A stretch of DNA of 64,000 bases from Paraspadella gotoi. Its lineage: Eukaryota; Animalia; Chaetognatha. A program made the position numbers and the translations under genes. The DNA is taken from NCBI GenBank assembly GCA_051294375.1, contig CM119270.1, positions 20,920,477 to 20,984,476 on the forward strand. Direction: 5' to 3'. Shown here piece by piece: positions 49,622 through 62,782 of the stretch; within the stretch, counting starts at the first letter, position 1, and every line of letters begins with the position of its first letter. The notes beneath the pieces were generated by a model. It was not told the origin of the DNA. It was given only the letters and a program-made list of their open reading frames with translations, and did no database searches.

Positions 49622-50971
49622 GCATATGAAATTCGTACAACCAATATGATAATTATCCATCCTTTATTAAATAAAGCCTATCTGCACCCATAAATTGGAG
49701 ATCCAGACTCTGTTCGTGGTTTAGGCTCTCCACGCCAATATTTTATTATGCCATAATGAAAATTGCTTGAAATAAGTCAGATTCCATTTTGAAGAATCTT
49801 TGGATGCAATCGAGGGGAAATAAATCCGCTCTGAACCATTCGTCGCTTGTTGCGTTATCATGACATTTATAACTATGTTTAACAAACGTAGGAAAGACTT
49901 TTATTCTAAGATTTTTTCACTTAAAAAAATCCATTACTTAAGGGTTTGATTTCCCCTTTTTACGAGCATGAAAACAATTTTAAATATTGGTTTACTGTTC
50001 ACTAACTTACTTGATTCATTCCATTATTATTCCCTCTCTCCCCCTTTTTTTAAAAGGCTCATTCTTGCCAGACTTATGTATGTATGTTTCGATGTATTGT
50101 TTTCTGTACTGATATCAACCTTGTTTGCATCGAATTAAAACGCTATTTCAGTCTAAGATATTCGCATGGTCGTCTATTTTTTTCTCCGGAGTTCTAAATT
50201 AAGTCTCCAGCAGTTCTAATCAAGTCTTAGGAATATACTCTTAAGCTTTTTCCTCTTCTTTACATCGGATTTAACTAAGTACTAACTAGGTACTGAAGTT
50301 AACTCTTTATTTACAAGATGAAAATAATCAAGCAGGACCCTGCTAGCTTTCACCAAGACTCTAAGACGTGTAGAGTGTAGTTTATTAACACTGAGAGTCT
50401 CCCATCAATAAATTGTTTTATAATATTTCACATGAACCTGTCAATTAGTTTGTGTATATAGACCACTCGCTTAAATATTAGATCGGGGAATATATATTGT
50501 TACTCCGCCCAGCATCAAAATACAAGGGCTGAATTTATGAAATTGGTAAGAACCAATATGAACTTGAATTGATAGTATTAGATACTATAAACTGCACCAA
50601 AGCTGCACAAATACACAAGCAGCGAGAAACTAGTACAACCTATAAAATTGAAACTTTTTAATTGGAGGAGTTTCAAGATACATGGGAGGAATCAATATGG
50701 ACGACCACATTTACTTTTCAACAAAAACCAAAAAAAGGAAACCGAATTTCCACACTTTTTTTGTTTCGCGTTAAGGCATTCGGTTTCCTTCCTTTGGAAA
50801 CAATTCTGGACGTCAGATCTGCTGCGAAGTTTTATGAAATAAAACCCGAGAGAGTTTGTAACCTGATCGTAGTGACTGCAGATTTTCTCCGTCGGGCCCC
50901 TTTTTACCAGATTTCTCTCGGCGCACAACCTCAATTATCGGTTTGCCGTTTTCATCTCTCTCTCTCTCTCT

Positions 50972-51028
<57 letters not shown>

Positions 51029-53168
51029 TCTCGCTCTCTGAGGCTAAATCGTTTAAATGAATGAGTCCAGTCTCAGCGTCTAATGACAGATCATCGTCCC
51101 GGACGCTTTTAAACGCATTTTCCAGCGCATTAGAGCGACGAGAGAGTAGAGAGAGAGAGAGACGTGAGGATGAGAGGAGAGAGAGAGAGAGAGAGAGAAG
51201 ACTTGAGAGAGAGGAGAGAAGAGAGAGAGAGAGATTGACAGAGAGAGAGAGGAGAAGAGAGAGAGAAGAGAAGAGACCGAGAGAGATTCCCACTCGGGAA
51301 ACAAAAGACGCAGATAGGGCAGGACTGCGCGCACATTTTTGTCATAACCCCCAGGGGGAGTTTTTTCTCTTTGTTTCGCCAGCGAACGCCCCCTTATTTC
51401 ATAGAATGCATCGTGTTTCCTTATTGTCGATAAGGCTAAAGCGACGCGGGCGACTGGGGGCAAACTGGGGGCAACGAGGGGGCAGGTGCCTCCGTACCGG
51501 TGGTGCGGGACGAAGACACCTTCCTTGATTAGGGAACAGTGTGTAGCGGATCTTTGGTTCAACTATATTCCATCTTATATGTGAATATAAATTCGCACGT
51601 CTAAATTATCCATTAAAAATATCCAACTCAATTCACTCGAAATTCCATTTCCAATTTTTCTTATTTTTTGTTATTGTATGAGTAATGTAGATATGTGTCC
51701 GAAAGATCTAAAAGACTGAAGTAGAGAAAAATGGCACTCTCGGCTTGTCTGAATGGCAGTTCTTTTTGCTTGCATTACTTAAGTGAAATACTGATCATAA
51801 TTGGTATGTTTCATTTTAATTTAACCTCTAATAACTATCTGGTGTATTCGTATATCGTCGCCTCATTCCCTCAATGCTTCAAAACGCCCGGTTATCATTT
51901 ATCATTTTATCATTTCGGTGTAATCGCAAGATTGTTATGTCGCACAATATTTCATCAAAAATAAAACAATTGTCAGTGATTGTCCATAAGTCCATATGTA
52001 CATTGGCTAGAAACGGACAAAGTAATATGTTACAACCAAGCTCGTGTCAAATGTGAAGGGAACATGACTTATTTCTTTTACTTTTTCGATACGAACGTAA
52101 CGAGAAGTCGACAGTTACCTTTCCGAAGTAAAATGCTTGGCATTTTTTTGTGATTAGAATGCTGGGACATTTCTTGAGGTTCTCTCTCTCTCTCTCTCTC
52201 TGACTTTTCCCTCGGGACCAAAAATCGGCATAAATCCGGTTTTTTTCAATTCACTACCAGAATCGAAAGACGGAATAGGTTGAGGTTTTCTCAATCACAA
52301 AATTTATATCACAAGATTTGAGTCATCTCTAGATAATGTAAGTAGTGAATGATCTCTGAATAATTATTGTTAAAGTTTGTCTCCGTAAGAAGCAAACATT
52401 TCATTGTGCTGGCAAATTTCTGGCGCCCGCCCTTATATGCGAATTGTCAATAAAAAAATCTATCTTGCTCCTGACTTTGGACTGGCCAGTGGCCATGATC
52501 GCTAAAGACCTCCATCCCTTTTACAAGATAAAATAACAGCAGGACCCTGCTAGCTTTCTACCAAGACTCTAAGACTGTAGAGTGTAGTTTATTAACACTC
52601 AGAGCTCTCCCATCAATGAAATTGTATAATATTTCAATGACCTGTTCAATTGTTTGTAAAGACCACTCGCTTAAGTATTAGATCGGGGAATATATATTGT
52701 ACTCCGCCCAGCATCAAAATGCAAGGAGCTGAATTTTATGAAATTGGTAAAACCAATATGAACTTAATTGATTAGTATTAGATAGCTATAACTGCACCCT
52801 AGCGACAAAATACAAGCAGCGGAAACTAGTACAACCTATAAAATTGAAACTTTTTAATGGTAGAGTTTCAAGATACGTGGGAGGAATCATATGACGACCA
52901 CATTTACTTTTCAACAAAAACCAAAAAAAGGAAACCGAATTTCCCACTTTTTTTTTCGGTTAAGGTCATTCGGTTTCCTTTCCTTTGGAAACAATTCTGG
53001 ACGTCAGATCATGTGGAACGTTTTATGAAATAAAACCCGAGAGAGTTTGTAACCTGATCGTAGTGACTCTAGATTTTTCCGTCGGCCCCTTTTTACCAGT
53101 TTCTCTCGGCGGCACAACCTCAATTATCGGTGCCGTTTTCACTCTCTCTCTCTCTCTCTCTCTCGCCT

Positions 53169-53225
<57 letters not shown>

Positions 53226-53339
53226 CTCTTGAGGCTAAATCGTTTAAATGAATGAGTCCAGTCGTCAGCGTCTAATGACAAGATCATCGTCCCGACGCTT
53301 TTAAACGCATTTTCCAGCGGCCTAGAGCGACGAGAGAGT

Positions 53340-53409
<70 letters not shown>

Positions 53410-54353
53410 AGAAAGGGATGAGGATAGAGAGAGGAGAGAAGAAGAGAGAGGAGAGAGAGATTCCAAGAACATCAGAACTGGAACAAAAAAGGACGCAGAT
53501 AGGAGGATGCGCGCACATTTTTTGTATAACCACCCCCCAGGAGGAGAGTTTGTTCTCTCCTTTGTTCTCCTGTACTATGGATCAGCGAACGAAAGACCCC
53601 CCTTTACTTTTAGATGGCATCGTGTTTCCTTTATTTGTCGATCGATAAGGCTAAAAGCTGACGGCGGGGCGACTGGGGGCAACGGGGGGCAACGAGGGGC
53701 AGGTGCCTCCGTACCGGGTGCGGGGACGAATACACCTCCTTGATTAGGGAACAGGTGTGTAGCGGATCTTTGGTTCAACTATATTCCATCTTAATTTGAA
53801 TATAAATTCCGTCTAAATTTCCATTAAAATTCCAACTCAATTTCATCGAAATTCCATCTCAATTTTTCTGTATTTTTTGTTTGTAGAGAATTCGTAGATA
53901 TTGTCCGAAAGGATCTAAAACTTGTAGAAAATGCACTCTCGGCTTGTTGAATGCAGTTTCTTGTTTCTTGATTACTTAAGTAATACTTGATTCATAATTG
54001 GTTTTTCATTTTTAATTTAACCTCTAATAATCTATCTGGTATTCGTATATCGTCTGCCTCATTCCCTCAATTCTTCAAAACGCCGGTTATCATTTATCAT
54101 TTATCATTTCGTATCGCAAGATTGTATTGTCACAATATTCATCAAAAATAAACAATTGTCAGTGATTGTCCATAAGTCCATATGTACATTGGCTAGAAAC
54201 GGACAAAGAATATTGTCAACCAAGCTCGTGTCAAAATGTGAAGGGAAAGACTTATTTCTTTCTTTTTCGATACGAACGTAACGAGGAATGTCGACGTTCC
54301 TTTCCGATAGAATGTTGGCATTCTTTTGGATAGAATGCTGGAATTCTTGAGGT
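49622..54353 (+). repeat. Mosaic of indel-rich direct duplications
   Basis: 49622-50310 matches 46849-47482; 50311-52181 matches 52521-54353; 52200-52650 matches 48579-48818 plus 49445-49607. Confidence 0.85.
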
Positions 54354-54860
54354 TAGAAAGTTGACATTATTCAGGTTCGATCGAGAAGGCACGTTAGAAT
54401 TCTCGACAACGAAAACACAGAGTTAAAAAAACAACAACGAATAAGAGAGAAAACGTGTAACAATGTTAGACTCTTTGTTTTTTTTATAAAAACGTAATAA
54501 CGTAGAAAACAAGATATTTTGTTTTTTTTAACAGCGTTTAAAGTAATAAAAATGATATAAACGTAACGATAATGTACTTTTTTGTCTGTTACATATAAAA
54601 CATGTCAACGAATTAACGAAGCAAAAATTAGCAGAGTTCCGTAACAGAAGTTAGCAACGATAACCTTTTGTTTTTCCTGTGTTTTATTAGAATCACAATA
54701 TGAGCAGAGTAAGCGGTGGTCTATTATTAAAGTATAAAAAAAACATATTTTACTAATGAAACGTCATAAAACTTTCGAATATTTCTGGAGGCATTGTAAA
54801 AGTGTTCGCAATAAAAAAAAGTGACTTGTTCTCGGCCTCGTTCTCGATATATTTTAAAGT

Positions 54861-56954
54861 TCAAAATGGCCGCCAGAGGGACTGCTTGTCGCTCAAATTG
54901 TCGGCCGCCGCCGAAGCCGAGGAGTAACTCTTCTTTGGCGGCAGCGGGTAAGGATGATGAAGGTGAGGATGACCCGACCCGCCCCGACTTTGTCCCACGA
55001 CTCGTCCGAACCCGAACTCGGGAGCGGGCGAGGCTCTCGACGACGAAGGAGCGGGGCCTTGTCCGACCGAGCCGTGTCCGATGGGCGCGGATTCGGCAAA
55101 GGCCGCGGGCGAGACGCTCTTGGCCGAGTAAGGCGGCGTGAGAGGCTCGGCCTTGACCGAATAGAAGGACCCGAAAGGTCGACCGGGGGAAAGCGACCCT
55201 TCCGAAGAGACTGGGGAATGATGAGCCGACGACGATGGAGACGACGACGAGGAAACGGGAGAAATGGCGGGAGGCGGACAAAAGACGCTGACGGGAATTC
55301 GGGCGGAGGCTGAGGACCCAGTGGAGAGATTGACTGGCGAAGGAGTTGATGAAGAAGGAGGTGGACAAGAGACTGGAGAGATTGGCCGAATGGGCGGAGA
55401 GTACGGAGATTCTCCGCGCTGCAGCAGCATTTGCTGGTGCTGTTGTTGCAGTTCGAATCGGGACGGAAAGCGGCTGGATTGCGGCTGCTGAGCGGCGGCT
55501 GCGGCAGCCACGGCGGCGGCGTGCTCCCGCGCCAAAACGTAGGACGGAACGCCGGCGACGGCGGGATTGTTCTTGAGAGACGCCGCCAAGGAGGCGGCGG
55601 CGGCGGCGGCGCTGCCGGGTTCTAGAGACGGAGCGGCGCCCTGCGGCGTTGGACGAATGGGCGCCGGCTGCAGCAGCGTCGCCTTTTGCTGCGGCGTGAG
55701 CGGCTGCTGCTGAGAAGGCGCTGCAGCGGCCGAACTCTTGGTCGAGATCGGCGAGAATTGATGCTGTTGCGGCTGCTGTTGAGGAATCTGCTGCTGTTGC
55801 TGCTGTTGCACCGCTGCCGCCTGCGACAGCGATTCGATGCAGTGCGCCAGGTGCGAGAGCATCCGCGCGCGCAGCTCGTGGGAGATGCCGTCGACGGATG
55901 TCAAGTAGCGCGTGACTTCGCCAGCGCATTCAGTGAATCCAAGGCGATACTTGTTGATCACCGAAGGATCTTGCTGCACGGCCGACTGCATGCGTTGTCT
56001 TTGGAGGCCGCGGAGATACCGGACGGTCATCTCCAGGATGTCCGCTTTTTCCATCTTGGAGGCCTGGGCGTTCTGAAGGAGGGGAGAGAGAGGAAAGAAA
56101 AGAATTAGGTTGGTTACGTTTGCTTATTAATAAGTATTAATAAATATTCGTAAGAAATAATAATGAGGTTATTGTATAGATGAATCAACTAGGATGTAAA
56201 AATGTTATCATTGTCGTCATAGTACTCATAGTAGATCAGTCATAGTGAGTCATAGTTTTAAATTCCTCTTCCTCCTCCTCTTCCTTTCTTAATAGTTCCT
56301 TCTCTTTTTCGTTCCTTCCTTTCCCTAAAAAATAAAATCTGCAACAGTTTTTTTCCTATTTTTTTCCTCCTTTGAAAAAAAGGATAACAAAGAATTCCTT
56401 TTTATTTTTTTTTTAGGACGGGGATTAATTGAGGGGCTGAAAGAGGGGGAGGTGGGATTTTGGGGGTCGATTGGGGGTTGGAAAGGGGTGCTCAAGGTGG
56501 GTCTAAAAGGGGAGGTGGAAGAGGCCCGACTTGGAAACAAACGAAGCCTTTTTTTTCTCGCAAGAAAAATCGAAGAAAAAAAATCAGGGAAGGTTGGGGG
56601 GGTGGGGCTGTTAAGACGAGCATTGGCCGTCAGGGGGGGAAAGCGTTATACGTCGTTCTTGACGGAAGAGAGAGATGGAAAAATAGAGAAGTATAAAAAT
56701 AGAAAAGTAGAAATAGAGAAGAAGAAATATAAAATATAAATAAATGAGCAAAAAGAAATAAAATAATTATATCCTGTACAGAAAGTAAGACCAAAAAAAA
56801 AAAGAAAAAAAAAGGGGGTGGCAGGGATCGAATACCCGGAATGAACGACGACAATCAAACCCCGCACGCCTCCCCCACAGTTTGTGTGTGTGTGGTGTGT
56901 GTATGTGTGTGAAGGAACGCGTCTCCTTCTTGGCCGGCTGGAAAGGGGCCCGGC

Positions 56955-57005
<51 letters not shown>

Positions 57006-57008
57006 AGA

Positions 57009-57043
<35 letters not shown>

Positions 57044-57143
57044 AGGAGGGCACCGGTTGGGGTCGGCTCTTGTCCGCCGGTTGGCGACCGACGAAAAAAA
57101 AAAAGGAAGACTCGTGACTCAGGGATCCACGATGATCGTCCCG

Positions 57144-57183
<40 letters not shown>

Positions 57184-57627
57184 ATGGCCCCGGGACCGTG
57201 GGAAAGGAGAGAGAGAGCGAGAGGCTTCTTATCTGTTGATTAACACGAGACGACGACTCCAGAAAGAAAAAAAAAAGAGGGAATAAAAAAAGAAAGAAAA
57301 TAATTTTAGTAAAAGAAAAAAAAAATTGAAAAAGGAAAATAAATTCGAAGGGAAAGGCTTATGGCGCGAGCCGCCGGAGGGAGGAGGAGAAAGAGCGTAG
57401 GTTTTAAAGGGGAGGAGGAAGAGGGGGGAGGAAAAAAAAAGGATTTCTTTTAATTTCTTTCTTTTTCTTTCTTTCTTTCTCCGATTCAGGTGGTGAAAAT
57501 TATTCAAGGATAAGAAACTTTTTTTTTCTGGTGAAGGGGGGCGGGACGAGGGGGGGAGGATATTATTCCTGTGAGAAGAGAAACCTCTAGAGAGAATTTA
57601 GTCTGAGAAAGTTTTGAGTCAAAGAAA

Positions 57628-57719
<92 letters not shown>

Positions 57720-57990
57720 AGGATAATGATTGAAAGAGGAAAAAGGGAAATCGAAAAGGATGTAGAGAAAATAAATAAAAACTAATACTTAATATTAGTA
57801 ATAGAATTAATTGTAATAGTACAGAGTAGAGAGGAAAAACCCACTTAAACAATTAAGTAACTTAAAAAAAAAAATAAAAGGGCGACCCAGAAACTATATC
57901 GAGGAAAAAAATCCCTTGATTAATTAGACGAAGAACTTTTAAAAAAAATGGTCCCGGGGAGGGATTTTTTGTTTATTTAAATGGGAAGAA

Positions 57991-58067
<77 letters not shown>

Positions 58068-59147
58068 CTTGGACCTCTTGAATGGATTCAAAGTCTGATT
58101 CGGTGGAAACGAAGAACCGATCCAAGAAAAAAATAGGAAAAAAATACCATAAATTAAATTTTTTTTTTTTTTTAATTGCCGCTTTTTTTTTATTTATTAT
58201 TAGATTTAGATCATGTATTCAGGGTGGCCAATTTGCTCTTTACCACAAATCAATGACCCCAAAACCTCAAATAAAAAAGAATTTTCGATTTTTGTTTAAA
58301 CTCTTTTTTACTTCCGGGGAAAAAACTAAAATGCTGAAGTCAAGTTATTGTCGGGAAATGTGAACCATCATAACTTGGAACAAATGGTCTTTATCACCGT
58401 CATGACACAGTCTTTATCACTGTCACGAGCTTGTCATTTGTTTGAAGACTTTAAGAGTTCGTTTACATTTGTTAAGGGGCCCCCGTCATATCTGAGAAGT
58501 CTTTTGTCATTCTCGTCAATATTTATGAAATCGATAGATAATCTTAAAAAAAACGATAACTAAAAATAGTCTCGGGATTCTACTCACGTCTTTTTTCATG
58601 GTGTCCAGCAAAATGGCCTTCAATTCGGACAAGCAATTGTTGATTCTTGCTCTTCGTCTTTTCTCCATCAAAGGTTTCGTGCTCTGGGTTTTTAAGGGAA
58701 GAGAGAGAGACATAATTAGTACAGACCGGAAAAACTTCTTTTTTTTTTTGCTTCTTTCCTTCCTCAGATAAATTGAATCTAATTTAAGTGCTTAAAATGC
58801 GGTAAAGACCTTTAGTAGTTTTTATCATTGCTTCGCTGGTTAATTGCCGTATTAAAAGTTAAACGATAAAAAAGAGGACAAAAAAATTAAACTTTGTATC
58901 TAATTGAGCCCGANNNNNNNNNNCGCCATTTTTTTCATTTAGCCAACTAGTTTTTTTTTCGTTCTCGCGATAATTAAGCTCATCTTTTTGTCAAAGTTTT
59001 GACTAAAGAAAAACATAAGATCAAATTAAATCCGCAAGTTTTTTTTTTTTGTATAATTTAAATACATTTTAGGTTAAAAGCTGGAAAACTTACTTTTCTG
59101 TAGTTGGAGTTGGCGGCCGACGAGGGTGATTTTTCCGAGGAGGGCAT
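54861..59147 (-). CDS. HES1: Hes/hairy-family bHLH-Orange transcriptional repressor (453 aa, 3 exons), C-terminus WRPF
   Basis: Exon 1 59147-59094 ([18 protein letters not shown]|gtaagt), exon 2 58683-58588 (96 nt, [32 protein letters not shown]|gtgagt), exon 3 56072-54861 ([20 protein letters not shown]..., Orange domain [17 protein letters not shown]...[12 protein letters not shown], ...KQSLWRPF*). All introns are phase 0 and GT-AG. The proline in the basic region is the Hes signature. The symbol indicates the Hes1/hairy subfamily, not strict orthology. Confidence 0.96.
57197..57204 (+). promoter_or_regulatory. CSL/Su(H) consensus site in Hes intron 2
   Basis: Exact CGTGGGAA in a locally GC-rich intronic patch. 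Confidence 0.4.
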
Positions 59148-59585
59148 TTTGGAAGGTCGGGTGAGTTTTGATCGGGAGAAAAGTAAGTTTGGATCGCCGT
59201 CGATCGTATTAAGGAGGTGAGGAGTTTTTGTAATCCAAGCCTTCGTCAAAATAAAGTTTCAAGTTTTCGAGATTAGCGAGACAGAGAGTGAGAGAGTGAT
59301 TTTTTTTTTNNNNNNNNNNNNNNNNNNNNNNNNNNNNNNNNNNNNNNNNNNNNNNNNNNNNNNNNNNNNNNNNNNNNNNNNNNNNNNNNNNNNNNNNNNN
59401 NNNNNNNNNNNNNNNNNNNNNNNNNNNNNNNNNNNNNNNNNNNNNNNNNNNNNNNNNNNNNNNNNNNNNNNNNNNNNNNNNNNNNNNNNNNNNNNNNNNN
59501 NNNNNNNNNNNNNNNNNNAGAAAGAGAGAGAATGAGACAAAGAGAGACAGAGACGGAATGCGAGGGGACGAGTTCGTCGTCAGCA

Positions 59586-59592
59586 TTTTATA
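59586..59592 (-). promoter_or_regulatory. TATA box of the Hes gene
   Basis: TATAAAA on the minus strand about 440 nt upstream of the ATG (gap length nominal), in GC-rich context and next to a CSL site. Confidence 0.65.
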
Positions 59593-59601
59593 CTCGAGCG
59601 A

Positions 59602-59710
59602 CGCGTGGGAACGAAAACTCGGCCGAGATGCTGTTGATCTTCGGAGGAGGAGGAAGAGAAGAAGGATAAGTAAAGGGAGGAGGAAGAGGACGAGAGAGAG
59701 AAGGAAGTGT

Positions 59711-59748
<38 letters not shown>

Positions 59749-60110
59749 ATTGGATTTCGTCCGTGGGAAAGGCGACCTTCCTCTCGACGCACGCATGCCC
59801 GGGGAAACTTGAAGACGGCAGGCCGCCCCGATAATAACTCCTCTTCCTCCTCATCNNNNNNNNNNNNNNNNNNNNNNNNNNNNNNNNNNNNNNNNNNNNN
59901 NNNNNNNNNNNNNNNNNNNNNNNNNNNNNNNNNNNNNNNNNNNNNNNNNNNNNNNNNNNNNNNNNNNNNNNNNNNNNNNNNNNNNNNNNNNNNNNNNNNN
60001 NNNNNNNNNNNNNNNNNNNNNNNNNNNNNNNNNNNNNNNNNNTCCCCTCGAGATTCGGAGCGGCTCGTCGGCCTTCGTCGGCTCGTTGTCGGCTCGTCGC
60101 CTTTCCCACG
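59602..60110. promoter_or_regulatory. Cluster of three CSL/Su(H) sites, the proximal one overlapping a class C Hes site
   Basis: CGTGGGAA at 59604-59611 and 59762-59769, TTCCCACG at 60103-60110, and CACGCG (minus) at 59602-59607. CCAAT boxes at about 60197, 60249 and 60280. Confidence 0.7.
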
Positions 60111-61850
60111 CCGTGGATTCACCCTCTCTCTCTATCGTTCTCTCTCTCCTCTCTGGCATACCTGAAGACGAGATCCCTCGACGACTGAATTTTGAGCCAA
60201 TCATCTCTCGTCTCAAAAAAAAGGGCGCGCGACTCTCGAGCTCTCTGATTGGTCGCAAGAATTTGAGGATTTGACGATGATTGGTCCATCTCGACAAAAT
60301 TTGACGCTCGGACTCTTTCTCGATCGTTGATTTGAGGAATTTACTACTGGCCACGTCATGACAGCGGATTCTATACAAGAGAATTCTTTCTTTCTTCCTT
60401 TTTTCTTTCTTGTTCTTTTTTCTTTCTTTTTTTTTCCCTTTCTTTCGTCGCGGAGGCACGAATATCGACGGTTCATTTGGCCGCTGCTGCCACCGCTGCC
60501 GCCGCCGCTGCCACCCCTCTGCCACCGCTGCTTCCGCCCTCGAAAATCTGGAAAAGAAAACCAGATGCTCTCTCTCTCTCTCTCTCTCTCTCTAACGATC
60601 TCGAGTCGGTCTCTCGTCTCTCGTCTGTACTCTGAGTCCATCCCATCGTCTCGTCTCGTCTCTCTCTCTCTTGGTTTGCATCTCGGCTTCTTTCGAGGGG
60701 ATGCTCAAGTACTTCCGAAGAGGCCTCATCGGCGACCAGAATCTCTTAGAACTAAAAAATTCGCCTCGGGCAGCTTGTTGCTATTTTAGGGTTTTTCTAT
60801 CAAAGTGGGGGTGGAACGGGACGTCTCACTCTCTCGTAGAGAGAGAGAGAGAGAGGATGAAGCCTGGCTCAAATCTCCTCTCTGATCTCTCTCCTCTCTC
60901 TCTCTTCTCGTCTCGTCGAGAATACCTCTGCTCTCGTTACTCACTTTCTCTCATGCTCTCTTTCTTCTCTCTACTCCTGGGTAAATGCGCAGTGGTCTCG
61001 CGAGAGAGAGAGACCGGGGGGGTGAAGGGACACACCACCTTTTTTTGATTTTTACAATTTGCGTCAAAAGTTCTCCTCCAATTTAATTCTTCAAAGTTTA
61101 AGTGGCATCTCGAGTGGCATCTCCAGTGGTAACGAGGGCGGATGGTCTTTTTGCCATCTTTGTCTCTCGAACCTTTCATCGACATCTGTGGACGACGAGG
61201 ATGTTGCCCGGTGAAGACGTCGCCTCCAGTCATCGAGAGATGATCACTTAACCTTTTTTCATGATCCTTTTTTTTCATCCCTCTAGACCTTGTCGGGTCC
61301 TTCTTTATTTACAATTATCTTTATTCCTTACTGGATTTTAGTAATCAAATTTATAAATATACATGACTTTAAATGTATAATGTATGTCTTGTGCCTTGAC
61401 TTTAATAAATGAATGGATAATTATTAATATCATATCGTTTGAACCAATTTTATAATTCCACTTACTTCAGTGTAAGTAAGTAAGTGCTTTACTTCAGTCC
61501 ATTTCGAATTCCAAAAAAACCTAATAATATAATTTAATAGTTAATTTATTAATAAATTTAACTGATTGAAACTACCTCTAATGATTTTCATAACGCAACC
61601 CTTTCCCCCAACATCTAAACCGTTTAACCATCTAACCTCCCTTTTCACTGAAGTTCTACTACAGCCCAATCCACTGTCCCCCCAAAGCATCTTTAAATTC
61701 CTTTCAATCCATCCCCTTATCATGATGAACCCCCTTAAAAATCTCCACTACTCATGTCGAAGCCACCAAAGCAAAATCCTACATACCTCCATACCATCTG
61801 ACTAAAATTCCTAGTCATCCCTCCCTACTCTCTCTCTCTCTCTCTCTCCT

Positions 61851-61884
<34 letters not shown>

Positions 61885-62035
61885 TGCTCTCTCTCTCTCT
61901 CTATCGCGTCTAACCGTCTCCTCCACAAGTGGCGCTTCAACATCTTCGTCGTCGAAGTCAACTCTAAAAATGAGTTACGAGAAAATCATGAGTTTCCTCT
62001 TTTGTCATTTTTACGGCCGCGCGTCCTTTTTACCC

Positions 62036-62072
<37 letters not shown>

Positions 62073-62422
62073 AAAAGCCACACTTACCTTCGCCCAAAGA
62101 GCCTTACCTTTTCAGCAGCTGCGCTCACTTCAAAATTTATGCGTTCAACCTGAGGAATTATCTCTATTTTTCGGGGTTAAGGAAATCGAGAATCAGAGAA
62201 GTTTTGGGTTTGGAAACTTCAAAGTCTCTTAATGCAACACCTAGATATGAAATCGGAACTACTAATGTAAAAAAATATCAATCTATCTTGCCCTTGACTT
62301 TGTACAGGCTTTGGTGGGTTAAGGACTTAATCTCTCCTAATAACATAGCCAGAATCTGCATGCTTTCAATCAAGACTCAAAGTCTACAGTACCTGGCTTT
62401 CCTATTAGTAAAGTAGCATATT

Positions 62423-62782
62423 TGTGGATAAGGCGCTAAATCGACTGAAGATTTGTGTCCGTATCTTCTTTAACCCCTCGGAAATCGAAATTGCCATGGG
62501 GTTGGAACCTTGCTTGAAGATTTTCCACGCCTCCAAAGCGGTTTATGGGCGTCCTCACGCTTCCTGTAGGATGGGGTACGACTNNNNNNNNNNTCAACTG
62601 AAGATTTGTGTCCGTATCTTCTTTGTCCCCTCGGAAATCGAAATTTCCATGGGGTTGGAACCTGGCTTGAAGAATTTTCACGAACCAAAGCGGTTTATGG
62701 CCGTCCTCACGCTTCCTGTAGGATGGGTTACGACTGATGGCGTCATGCTTTCAGGCGGGGTGACCTTGTCTCGATGCCCAAC
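62423..62782 (-). mobile_element. Dispersed SINE-like family copy with an internal ~140-bp duplication across a gap
   Basis: 62443-62583 matches 62598-62735. The minus strand shares head, core and tail motifs with the copies at 13143, 28535 and 39375. Confidence 0.6.

Noticed and set aside
54727-55929. 400-aa alternative-frame ORF overlapping Hes exon 3
   Set aside because: A shadow frame of a GC-rich coding exon with a non-ATG start.
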